NCBI RefSeq assembly: GCF_964204645.1
Contig: NC_134034.1
Coordinates: 10,056,962 to 10,120,961, forward strand
From: Tubulanus polymorphus
Lineage: Eukaryota > Animalia > Nemertea
Direction: 5' to 3'
Length of the DNA stretch: 64,000 nucleotides
Shown here: positions 37,412 to 58,297 of the stretch, piece after piece
Numbering within the stretch: position 1 is the first letter of the stretch
Layout: every line of letters begins with the position of its first letter
The notes under the pieces: model-generated
What the model was told of the DNA's origin: nothing
Database searches by the model: none
The model's input: only the letters and a program-made list of their open reading frames with translations
Translations under genes and position numbers: made by a program

Positions 37412-38205
37412 ATGCCTTTGAAGGACAGCTCATTAAGTGGCTATGATCGCGCACATATTCCAATTTCCAGGGTTCCTGACTGCAGGTCACGGAAAATCAA
37501 GGAAGTATGGTTTGATTTTTCGTGGAATTCTTGTAACAATTCTTGACTTCACGGATGTGATGAGTGGCACAAGGAACCTCTTGATAAGAAACAGCGCTCA
37601 CTGAGGATATCCGATAATTTGATCAGGGAATTTGAATTTTTTTATTTGAATTTTCGGTGTCTTGTTATTCTGGCTGGTGATGAGTGTCACAAGGAACCTC
37701 TCGATAAGAAACTACTCTCACTGAGGATATCTTGAAATTCAATCAGGCAATTTTTGGTCAAAGGGTCAGGGAAAATCAGGGGGTAATTTCGGGGAATTTT
37801 GGTTTCACTGATCTGTTAGAATCCTGAACTTCAGATATGGCACAAGATGTATTTTATCATGTCATTTCGGATGTACGTCCACATCGTATTTGTGATTTTA
37901 AAAGGTTGTGATTTTTGTGATATATTTTGCTCACAGGAGTGCGTGCGTGTACTTGCTCTGCGTGTTTGCTCAAGAACGATAATGGAGTCTATGCAAACTT
38001 TTTTATTGTACTCGTATACAATGTTCACGTGAATTCATTAAAATTGAATGTGCTCCCATTGTTTCTATAACCACAGTTCCACGGTTGCCTTTTCTAATTC
38101 GACTCTCTTAAAAGCCCGACGCGCGTGCGACAAAACGTCTGTTTCATCAAAGAATGACATAACACGTTTTTCACGAAACGTTTTGCATAAAAGTTTTACC
38201 CGCAA

Positions 38206-38368
38206 GGGATCATTCATTTATTACGTACGCATAAAATTTGAATTTTTCAACCCCCCTCCCCCTATGTACGCAAAATCGGCCATTTTTTCATATACATTAA
38301 GCATAACAGTACGAAATTGCACTGACCCCTCCCCCTCCCCTAATGCGTACGTAATAAATGAATGACCC
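38206..38368. mobile_element. ~160-bp Tourist/Harbinger-like MITE (other copies ~42382-42540, ~50902-51067, partial ~15780-15868)
   Basis: TIR gggatcattcatttattacgtacgcat / atgcgtacgtaataaatgaatgaccc with shared internal sequence. Superfamily assignment is tentative. Confidence 0.75.
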
Positions 38369-39993
38369 GCAAACGAAAATAAAAAACGTCCAACACACGG
38401 CAAAACTAAAACACATCATCCAAAACGTTTTTTCCATGCCGTGTGCGTTGAACGAAACGAAAACAGATCGAAAATGTTTTTCACAGGAAAAAAAAACATT
38501 TTCTACTGGCTTTGCACACCGCGGATTTTATTAGGTTTTTAAGTTCCGACCAAACGTTTTCTTGCTTTTATCCGACTGTGGATTTAAAATCAAGAGTCAA
38601 AGTTCGACTGGTAGTTGTGGAAATGGTTCTTTGATGGACGTGGAAACGTTGGCTTATTTATGTTTAAGTGTATACCTATTGTAGGCATGTTATCCTACGT
38701 GTAGCTTGTTATGTTGCATTTTATTTATGTATTGAGATTATTTTAATAAGTTTCTTTTTGTAAACTGTAACTGTAAACTGATTCGGTATGTGTTACTTTG
38801 AGAGTTTGTACATATGTATCTAACATACTGGATTTATAGACATATAAATCCATAAAATTAACTTTAAAATCTTTATTAGACTGCTGAGCTGAGATTGTAT
38901 GATTTATTAAGGATAATCTGAAATTATTTAAGATTCAACCCTAATGCAAATAATCTGCACGAGACATTTCTGATTGAAAATGAACTACAAACACTAGACA
39001 TTTGACATTATCAGCAGACTTTCAACAACTGATCATCCACACTTCACTCCATGAGTTCAGGACTTCACCGGAAACATTTTTAAATGAAAAAATTCCAAAA
39101 AATAGACTAGTGGTGTCTAGGCTACCGTGACCTATATTGTAATTCAAATGCCTTATATTATGTAGCCTAGGTATATTTGAAATTGTTTAATAAGGTACTG
39201 GTAGTAATAATTTTTAACGTCATTTATGTATGCAGGCTCTTTCCATTGAATCAGGAATGGATTTTTTTTTTGGGGAAATTTGGAAAGTTGCCTCACGATG
39301 AAACAGATGCCTTAATGAATGAACGATAAGTCTGTGATAATGTATGAAAAATATTGCACAGTTAAGTTTTGAGAATCAAGTTTTGATATCTTATACATGT
39401 ATTCGCTATTGTTAATCGAATTAATTACCTATTGTTTATTATGCGATAAAATTGAGAATATTCCGTCCTGAATAAGATTATTATCTTACCATTGGTTTTC
39501 GAGATGTTTTGTTTCAACAAAAATAAATTATTGATCTGCTTTCATGACAGACGATGATATAAAAATGTGATACGTTTGTTAGTCTCTTAAGGAAAACCCG
39601 TTCAAACTGTTAATCTGCGTTCGAGCCAGGGGTAGATCCAGGGCCTCATTTTGAAGAACCATGTCACGATCCCAAAAGGGCTGCACTATGATGTCGATAC
39701 AATCCCGCCAGGCCTCTCATGCATGATAAAAATCTCGAAATGAAATTTAAAAAAAAAACACGTGATGTTCAAATATTTTTTCAGCTTTTTTCGCAATTTT
39801 TATTGATTGATAAATATCAAAGCTACAGCAGTTTAATAGTTTAATACATGATTGTTGCCACGCGAGCCGGCGACAGATTCCACAAGGTTAACTAATGATA
39901 TTAATGATGATCATGATGATCGCGACCTTACTCACAAGTTCTTCTTAACTTCAACTTAAAACAGATTTAAACACTCCTGATTTTGTAGGCGAC

Positions 39994-40149
39994 TACACAA
40001 AACTCCGCTTAAGTCGGATCCGATTTACTCGGAGATAACTGTTTAACTCGAGAGATGTTTGTCAAAACATTTTGATGACACTAAAATATATTGAGCTGGG
40101 AAGTCGGACAAAATCTTGCGGTCCCAAAAGCTGAGCGGAGTCTACTGTA
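39994..40149. mobile_element. Tc1/mariner-like MITE (TA-flanked) whose right end matches the 60-bp satellite monomer
   Basis: Left tacacaaaactccgcttaagtcgga, right ctgagcggagtctactgta. Confidence 0.6.
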
Positions 40150-40296
40150 TAAGGGTCAAAGGAATTAAGCAGTTCAACCATGGACTGTAAAACGATGAGT
40201 CCATCGTAGAACCACCTCAGATATTGCGATTTAATCAGTTTTTTTCAAACCTAGAATTTGGGCCGAAAAATCACTATTTTATCCTGAAAAATGAAC

Positions 40297-41008
40297 GACA
40301 CCTTATTTCTCCTAATTGGCCGGGTCACTTCCATAAACTGCTATAAAATTTGTAATCAGTTCATTTCTATAACTGCCGGGTCTGTTATCATAAGCTTGAT
40401 CATGATTTTTTTTTAAAGTTATGTACATGGCAGATAGGCGGCCGACTGGGTCAACTTCTAAACTCAGCAGAAATGAGGGAACGAGGTGTCAATTTTTCTA
40501 CAGCGCCTACCAGTTATAACGAACATATTTTCTGGTCCTCTGAAGTTTGTTGCATTAACGGGGTGGGTTCCGCTGTAGCTAAATTACAGGCTTCCACCAA
40601 TAAAGTTCTTACTAATTAGAACTTGATGGTCGAATGTAGCTATACACTAGCCCTATACATACATACATACATAAATATTCACACATGAAATTGAAGAGTT
40701 TTAAAATATTAGCTAAACATAGTGACACCTAAGTTAAGTGTAAGCCAAATTGATAACATAGACAAGTAATTCTTTACACACTCATTACCTAAACAACTAG
40801 GCTAAACAAAAATGAAACCTTGTCTCTCCGCAGCGGCCGGGTCATTTTTGTAAAATTTGATAAAATTTCTAAACAGTTCATTTCTATAGCGGCCGGGTCT
40901 GTTATGGTAAAATTGATCACGATTTTAAAAAATATTTAATGTATAGGGTAGATAGGCGGCCGGCCGGGTCAACATTTAAGTTCAGCAGAGCGGAGAAACA
41001 AGGTATCA
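40297..41008. mobile_element. Two nearby copies of a ~195-bp MITE-like repeat (third relic ~53820-53985)
   Basis: 40297-40491 and ~40815-41008 share ggccgggtca...gttcatttctata...gccgggtctgttat...gataggcggcc...ggtcaac, with ends gacacct / aggtgtc. Confidence 0.6.
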
Positions 41009-41429
41009 ATTTTTTTTAGCCTAACTAACTACTGTGCTAATTAAATCTTGGTGGTTGAAAAATAAATGTCAGAAAAAGTTCGACTCGGGGGAAGCTCTTA
41101 CTTTACCCCATGATTAGCAATTAATTACAAGACTAAAGCAATACGCAAAATCTATAGAAAATATAAAATCCCCCGAAAACAACAAAAAAGAAATTACCAG
41201 GAAATCCTTTTTTTCAGTTAAATTCTGTCGTTACTTTTATAACAGCATCCAATTGGAATATCACAAATCAGGTTCCTACAGATTGGTCGTTCCTAGATAT
41301 AAGGCTTTGTCGAGGAGTTTTAAAGGAGAAAATTTCAAATTTCGAGGAAGCGTCTGCATCACTTTCATATCCCGATTATGAAATCTATTCTAAGGAATCA
41401 AGCAGTCGAAGGGACCCACTACAAAATTT

Positions 41430-50847
<9,418 letters not shown>

Positions 50848-51239
50848 CGTCTGAAATCGGATGAAAATAATTTTCATAATTTCGCGCCAGAGCACATTAT
50901 AGGGGATCATTCATTTTTTACGTATGCATAAAATTTAAATTTTTCAACCCCCCCTCCCCCTCTGTACGCAAAATCGGCCATTTTTTCATATACATTAAGC
51001 ATTACAGTACCAATTGCACTGACCCCTCCCCATTCCCCTAATGCGTACGTAATAAATGAATAACCCCTAGGTAGATTCTGGATTTCGGGGTAGGACTTAT
51101 CTCAGTAACAAGCGGAGGCCAGTTTTGCAGAAAAGTTGGTTACAATTTACCAGTAGAAAGTTAGTTGACGAAGTGACAAATAAAAGTTCATTGTCACCAT
51201 GGTCTCTATCCAGCGGTTACCTTCGACCCACAGGGGCCT

Positions 51240-51336
51240 GACACAAAAAGTTTTTGACCCCAGTATCCTAGGTACTATATATAAAGACTTTTTATATATA
51301 GTACCTAGGATACTGAGGTCAAAAACTTATTGTGTG
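51240..51336. repeat. Near-perfect ~95-bp palindrome
   Basis: acacaaaaagtttttgaccccagtatcctaggtactatatataaa / tttatatatagtacctaggatactgaggtcaaaaacttattgtgt. Confidence 0.85.
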
Positions 51337-51397
51337 AGTTTCGGGCCGATCAAAATTTTACCATTAAAAAACATAATTTTTTGTGTTCAAAGGGTAT

Positions 51398-51588
51398 AAG
51401 TGCAGATCCGCACCTCTCCGCATAAACGGTTCAATCAATTTCATTAAATATCATTGTTTCGGATTCAATGTCATCAGCAATTCAGTACATTGGGATTGGC
51501 TAATTATAAGATATCTTCACTAGAAAGATTTTAGCCTGGATTCTGTCATTCAGCAGATTGCGTCAATCACAGGTGCGGATCTGCACTT
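51398..51588. mobile_element. MITE with 18-bp perfect TIRs
   Basis: aagtgcagatccgcacct ... aggtgcggatctgcactt. Confidence 0.7.
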
Positions 51589-51837
51589 AAACCGTTCAAA
51601 GTTATCGACTTTTATTCCCCCAGAGCCAGACCATCCTGACTTTGATTTAGAATTAGAAATAATTTGCAGATATAAATGGAATAAGGGGTGTCCAACTGAA
51701 GAAAGTGCACTAGAATCCAATTATCAATCAATTTTTTTTTGAAGATTCGGGCAATGTCAATTTTTGGGGTCATTTATATATTGGAATTCATTGAATGAAG
51801 TAGGCCTATATGTACCACCATCCCGAAATAAAGAAAA

Positions 51838-52195
51838 CGCTGTGGCTACTCGTACAGACCAGTACGGATTACTCTGGAGGCTATTCGTACGGAACTAGGA
51901 TCTGTACGCTAATAACTGTCGCTGATTGGCTGATTAACGCCGCGCATGCGCACAGAGGTGCGCGACTTAGAAAATTCAAGGAAAGTGTGGAGAATAGAGT
52001 TAGAGAAAAATAGAGCAGATCGAGCGAGACTCGAACCCGGGCCAGTAAATTACTAGCGCAGCATCGTACCACTAGACCACCGAGCTCGCTGACAGTCGAC
52101 CGAATGTTTTAACTACATATAGCCTCACCTTACCCTAACCCCCAATACCTTCCTGTACACATTATTCGTACGGGTCCGTACAAGTAGCCACTTCG
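51838..52195. mobile_element. 358-bp non-autonomous DNA transposon with 9-bp TSD, carrying a tRNA-like Pol III cassette
   Basis: TSD TAAAGAAAA at 51829-51837 and 52196-52204. ~30-bp imperfect TIRs (cgctgtggctactcgtacagacc / gggtccgtacaagtagccacttcg). Minus-strand A box TGGTCTAGTGG and B box GGTTCGAGTC at ~52020-52090. Confidence 0.8.
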
Positions 52196-54009
52196 TAAAG
52201 AAAAATATTGCAGCTGATCCAGCCACAAGTTACCTATTGAACTGGTGGAATTCTTTTATAATCGGATGGGCTTTCGATTAACTAACTTATTACCACGATA
52301 TCTGGACTGTAGTTTGTGAAAATATCCGATGAGTGAAACTAAACCACAGACAGGTTACTGACTATCCAGGGCGGTGTCTCGGTCAGTGAATCAAAATGTG
52401 GTGCGGTGGTGGTGGGTGGATGAGATTGAGGAGTTTTTTATTGGCCGGCAACCACTACCTACCGCACCGGTACCTAAAACGCTACCGTCACTGACCCCTT
52501 CCAAAATGGTGTCAAGTCAACCGTACTTAAACTTACACTCGAACAACTCGCTTAAAGTCTAATCAATCGAACATTCTCATCAGAACTCTCAGAATATTTT
52601 TGACAGCTTCCTTTCCTTTCGTAAATTAGCGAAATTCCCGCATTAAAGTCGGTCGATTTTCATCAATATTTATCCGGTTTTTATTCCAAAGGCCCAAATA
52701 AAAAAGGGTTTACAAACAAATACAATTAACCCATCCAAAATTAAATAACAAAAATATTTTCTAAACTTGGAAAAAGGCTAGAATTTTTAATCATGCTAAT
52801 AATTATCACAAAACTATTGATCAAATTGAGACCTGTTTCTTCGGGCGCCCTATTTCACGGTATCGGACTTTACACAACTAGCGCCGTATTTCACGGTATC
52901 GGACTCTGACTGTGCAGAAACGTTCGCTAGAAACGCCGGGAATCATTGGCACTTTTAACAAATCGCTGGAATATGACAACTGATTTCCATTAGAATGATT
53001 TGTTACGTTGCAGACGTTTTTATAAGAGGGATTTTATCGTAAATTTAATGAACATTGAATTTCTTTAGCAGATGTTTAGACTCAGCCATAGAGCGGAGTC
53101 TGTGACTCTGACGCCCAGGCGGCCCCGGTCCGTTTGACTCGCACCAATTCCAAAACTTTTAAGACAGTAGTAAATTTAGACTCCATTCTAGCACTATTTT
53201 CAAAACTAAGAGAATAGTGACGTTTTGACTCGATTGACCATCCTCCAAACTGAGCCGCGTTGACTAAATTCTTCACTGTTTTTTTTAAATGCTTGAACCT
53301 AACGCTCCAAAACCCGACCACACCGGTCCCGACTACCACTGAAGCTAAAGCTCGAACAGCTTTCGACTGCTAACCGATGCCGACCTGCGTCAGTTTCCGC
53401 GGATCCAAAGTCATTCATAAATCATCGCAGTTGTTTATTAAGACACGCACGTAATCTGAACCTTGCAATTCGACTGACACCTCTCGATCGAGCCACTGAG
53501 TACCTTTAATGGCCGTTAACGCGCGAGATGTACAAACGACGGGCCATCAATTTTACCCCCGTTCAAATCTCGGCGGCCGCGGTTCTCATCATCTCCGTAG
53601 CAATTTTATATATTCATCGCTGATTGAACGTGATCGACGAGCGTAGGATGGCTCCGGCGTGTATAGTAGTCGCGCGATGAACACGAGTTAAACACGCCGC
53701 CGGGATTAGCGGTAGATTAATACCGGGATCACTGGTAGCAACAGTCGCAGACGACCCGGCGCGCATCATCGATATACTCTTCTTCCACCGGTAATAAGGC
53801 TAAGCATGATTGATACATTGTTTCTCATTTTGTTGAGCTTAAAACTTGGCCCGACTGGGGCCGCTTATCTAGCCCTAAATCATGATCAAACTAACAATAA
53901 CAGACCCGGCAGTTATAGAAATGAAACTGATTACCAAGTTTTATCGCGGTTTTCAAAATTACCCTGTTGATCATGAGAAACACGTTTAGCATTAGCCTAA
54001 GTTACCAGC

Positions 54010-54220
54010 GATGAGAGAGGGAGAGAGAGGGAAATAGAGAGTGAGAGTGAGAGGATGAGAGTGAGAGGGGAGAGAGAGGGAAAGAGAGAGTGAGAGGGGA
54101 GAGAGAGAGGGGGAGAGGGTGAGAGAGTGAGACAGGGAAAGAGAGAGTGAGAAGGGAGAAAGGGAGTGAGAGTGAGAGGAGAGAGAGGGAGTGAGAGGGA
54201 GAGAGAAAGGGAGTGAGGAG

Positions 54221-54253
<33 letters not shown>

Positions 54254-54290
54254 GGAGTGAGGGAGTGAGGGAGTGAGAGGGAGAGAGCTA
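54010..54290. repeat. GA-rich polypurine low-complexity tract
   Basis: Imperfect (GA)n/GAGG run of ~280 bp. Confidence 0.9.
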
Positions 54291-54475
54291 GCACCGGGGA
54301 AAGATTGATATCACGAATGTCGTTCGGTTAAATTAATGTCAAAGTATTTCATCTCTCAGATCAAGTCGTTCACGATCCCCGCCGCGCCGTCGTCGCGTTA
54401 CGTTTTGATGTGAAGGAGACGACAGTAATCTATTTCGGCATGAATTCATCGACTGTGTATGGATGGATAGACTAC

Positions 54476-54825
54476 ACTCTCCCCCTCTCATCTCCCCCTC
54501 TTCCCTCCCCTTCCCTCTCTCGTTCTTCTCTCATACACTCTGCCTACTTTTCCCCCTCCTCTTTTTCCTTCCCTTTCTCCTCGCTTACTATCCCCTCCCA
54601 TTCTCCCTCTTCCCCTCTCTCCTCTGCCGAACACATTCCCCCTCCTTTCTCTCCCTCCCTATCCCCTTTCTCTTTCTCCCTTTCCTCTATCAACACGTCC
54701 CCCTCTCTCCCTCCCCCTCTTCTATCAAACACGCTCTCCCCACTCACAAAGTTCCCCCTTTCTCTTCCATGCACACACTCTCGACTCCCCTCTCTCACAC
54801 AATATCTCCCTCTCCCCCCCCCCAT
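54476..54825. repeat. CT-rich polypyrimidine low-complexity tract
   Basis: Imperfect (CT)n/CCCT run of ~350 bp. Confidence 0.9.
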
Positions 54826-55851
54826 TCTCAGAAAGCGATGTCCTTTATCGGCGCATTATTTTAATATAAGAGCTTCGATATTAGTCGATGAACCGTTCGG
54901 CTGCTCGTTAAACGCCTCTCGTCGGAATTCGTAAAGAGATGATAAATATGTAACTTATTTTCAGCTATTCCTCGTGCACGCTTCACACGCGATACTGACA
55001 TCAACAAGCTCAGCCGCCGTCGTGCACCGAACTGCTCCCGTTTCGCCGCCACCCGTTCTGCGCGGCGATGAGAACATTATTGCCGTCTTGTATGAATGGA
55101 ACGATTGGACTGAATTATGCATTTCGTCGTGATTTATCCTCCGATAAAATATGGATATTCTCCGAGAATATGCGCGCGGTGTGAAGAGATTCATACCTGA
55201 AACGCGTTGCTCAAATGAACGACCAGTGATTGCTTTTAGGAATTTTTAGTATGACCGCCCTTTCTCGTGGCATTCGAGCGGGCCTTAATATAGAGAATTT
55301 TTACTGCGCGAGAATTTAAACTTTTCACTTCGATGGGAAACAAATACAAACGAAACAACTAAAAAAAAGACCCCAGCCGTCTCTAGATCCACAGGGTTAC
55401 ACTGGTACTTACAGCTGGGACGTAAAACTCTACTTAACTAAACTGTTAACGGATAATGGAAGTGGATGCGGTCTGATTTTTCACACCCACGCTGACCAAA
55501 TCCTGTTCTCATTCTCACTAGGCGGACAGGTAGAGTTTGGCAGCCTCCAATCTATGTTAATTCAACACGTTAAGAAACTGTCCGTGGTCGAATTTGAAAG
55601 ACGAAAATGTTATGAACGCTCGCTGGCTGGATAAGGGAAAGGAGAATAATAATCACGAGAATAACAAAAATGTAAACCAGAAACAAAGAATAGCTCGATA
55701 ATTTTTTATTCGTCACATCGACAATGAAATTTATTCGTTAGCGATGTCTTTGTATTGTCGGCCCAACACCTCCACAGCACATCTGATTTGACTAATCAAG
55801 CACGGATGACGAAACGATTACGTATAAGCGCTCGACGACTTTTAGAACTAA

Positions 55852-56757
55852 TCAAGCACGGGCGACTAGAAAGTTTTCATTTATGACAGGTACAATCGGA
55901 AACCCGTAACATTCTACGACGTATTTGCGTATTATATCCTGTACTCGCGCTCGCATCGTTTCTGGTATTTTTCTGTGCGCGAAAAACGTCAAAATCTGGT
56001 CGCCGATTTTTTGAATTTCGACATCGCGTTCGCTAGCGTATGATTTGTCGGTTTGCAGAGCTAGGTGAACTAGGCAACCAGCGGTGTCGACCGAATGCGA
56101 TATCAACTTCCCTCTGGCTTTGGTTATGACTTCGCGAAAGCTCGCTTCGGTGTAGTACGCTAGCTCGTCAACGTTCTCAGATGCGTTCGGGTCCAGTAGT
56201 CGCCGGATTTCGTTGTTGATCTCGAGAAAAGCCGTGCTAGTCACCATTCGAATCAGAGCCCGGCCGTTTTCGGCGGTCAGTCCGTACAAACTGGACTCCA
56301 ATACACGCGCGGCGTCTTCGATATAGTAGAAAACCTGCGAGAATTCTAACAAATCGTAGAAATCTTTCGGCAACAGCGATACGCTATCGCTCGAAAACTT
56401 CCACGGATAGATCGTGAATTGGAAACCGTACATCTCGGATAGTAAACTCATACGCTTTCCTAAGTCGTCGACGACCAACGGGTTCGATTCGACGCAGTCC
56501 AAACGATCGATTTTTACGCCGTCGACGCAGACGACTCGCAAAGTTTCTTCCAGTATATCTCCGTGCCCCGGTCCGATCGATAACACTCGCAAGCCTCGTA
56601 TACTTTCGGCATTCTGGTCGCCGTCTTTCTTCAGATCGCGGTAGATATTGCGCAACTGTTCCGATAGTGTCCTCACCCCGAAAATACTTTGGGTGTGGAA
56701 TTTACTGAACGTTTGCAGTGACGAATTGTAGTCTTGGTCGTTCATGGCTGGGAACAT
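55852..56757 (-). CDS. Intronless class I SAM-dependent methyltransferase, histamine N-methyltransferase-like, ~301 aa
   Basis: Motif I LRVLSIGPGHGD, acidic beta2 end LDCVESNP, YDLLEFSQVFYYIED (cf. HNMT DFIHMIQMLYYVKD) and C-terminal ILTFF. First ATG in ORF 55852..56865 is at 56757 (alternative 56745). Confidence 0.8.
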   Translation of the reverse strand: MFPAMNDQDYNSSLQTFSKFHTQSIFGVRTLSEQLRNIYRDLKKDGDQNAESIRGLRVLSIGPGHGDILEETLRVVCVDGVKIDRLDCVESNPLVVDDLGKRMSLLSEMYGFQFTIYPWKFSSDSVSLLPKDFYDLLEFSQVFYYIEDAARVLESSLYGLTAENGRALIRMVTSTAFLEINNEIRRLLDPNASENVDELAYYTEASFREVITKARGKLISHSVDTAGCLVHLALQTDKSYASERDVEIQKIGDQILTFFAHRKIPETMRARVQDIIRKYVVECYGFPIVPVINENFLVARA

Positions 56758-56997
56758 CAGCGCGAGCACTTCGAATAGTATAGACGTGTCACGGCCGCGA
56801 TTTTTTTCACAAGAATGTTTCCACCACTTTGTTCGCAGTGCGCATGCTCTGCTGTAATTGTACACAAATGCACGGGGAATCGCTGAACACCGCCGAGAAC
56901 TGTGTCAGTGCTACGAGCAATTATCTGAATTTCAGATAATTTCTAGTAGGTCAGTGTAGTGTATGCCGTGCCAACACTGCCAAAAGACACTGTCACT

Positions 56998-57196
56998 GTC
57001 ATAACCAAAGCCAGAAGGAAGTTGATATCGCATTCGGTCGACGCCGCTTGTTGCCTAGTTCACCTAGCTCTGCAAACCGACAAATCATACGCTAGCGAAC
57101 GCGATGTCGAAATTCAAAAAAATCGGCGACCAGATTTTGTCGTTTTTCGCGCACAGAAAAATACCTGAAACGATGCGAGCGCGAATACAGGATATA
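56998..57196 (+). pseudogene. Inverted, frameshifted ~200-bp partial duplicate of the methyltransferase 3' coding region
   Basis: Matches the reverse complement of ~55933-56130 (VITKAR.KLISHSVD...ASERDVEIQK / IGDQIL.FFAHRKIPETMRAR.QDI) with a few substitutions and a +1 A in a homopolymer. Confidence 0.9.
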
Positions 57197-57769
57197 CATA
57201 CGTATGTACGGTCTACCTCTTACCCGGACTTCTTCTTATCGGATGGAAAACCTGCCTATCACAAACCCGGGCGTGAAGCATTTTCTTACTCCATCAATGT
57301 TCAAAACTTACACAGAAAAGACTTCGTTGATGAGTCTGACGAATTAGAAATTTGCCCCACAGAGATCAATATTTGAGGAATTGCACTGGTGTTATAAAAA
57401 ATTCTGTTTATTTCAAAACCACATTATCCAATGCATGCCTTTGAAGGAGGAATCGAATAGATTTCGATCTTATATTTTCAATCATACTAATTTCCATTTC
57501 AAGCACGCATGTGCGCATCACTTTTGAAAGCTTAACGACTATTTCTTTAATTGAATCCTCCAAAAGTTTATGAGTTCAAATATGAATAAAGGGCGCGTGG
57601 CAACAAATCTATTTCAAAATTTTTCATGATGTAAAATCGTAGTAATCGAAAAGATGCCCGGGTTGGCGGGTTGACACGGTGTTTTGTTGGTGTAGGTTGA
57701 TAGCCGCGAACGCTGATACTGCATTTCTGACATGGAAAGCTTATTGCCAGTCTAGGTCACTTGACAATA

Positions 57770-58297
57770 TCCAAAGTTCGACAGTTGTGTAGGTTCCAGT
57801 TCGGTTGTGTGGGTTTAATTTGACTCAGAATCCAGTTCCACAGTTGTGTGGGTTTAATCTGATTTAACTCTGAACCCAGCTCGACAGTTGTGTGGGCTTA
57901 ATTTGAATATAACTCTGGATCCAGTTCCACTGTTATGTGGGTTTGATTTGACTCTGGATCCAGTTCGGCAGTTGTGTGGGTTTGATTTGACTCTGGATCC
58001 AGTTCGACAGTTGTGTGGGTTTAATTTGTTTTAACTCTGGACCCAGCTTGACAGTTGACAGTTGTGTGGGTTTCATTGACTCTGGATCCACTTCGAGAGT
58101 TGTGTGGGTCTAATTTGACTCTGAACCCAGTCGCACAGTTGTGCAGGTTTAATTTGACTCTCGATCGACTTCGAGAGTTGCGTGGGTCTAATTTGACTCT
58201 GAACCCAGTTCCACAGTTGTGTGGGTTTTATTTGATTTAACTCTGGACCCAGCTCGACAGTTGTGTGGGTTTAATTTGACTATGGGTCCAGTTCGAT
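57770..58297. repeat. ~39-bp minisatellite (~13 copies)
   Basis: Unit cagttgtgtgggtttaatttgactctggatccagttcga. Period 39 (57969 to 58008). Confidence 0.9.

Noticed and set aside
52015-52092. Functional tRNA-Thr(AGT) gene
   Set aside because: A and B boxes are present but the anticodon and acceptor stems do not pair, and it lies inside a TIR element.
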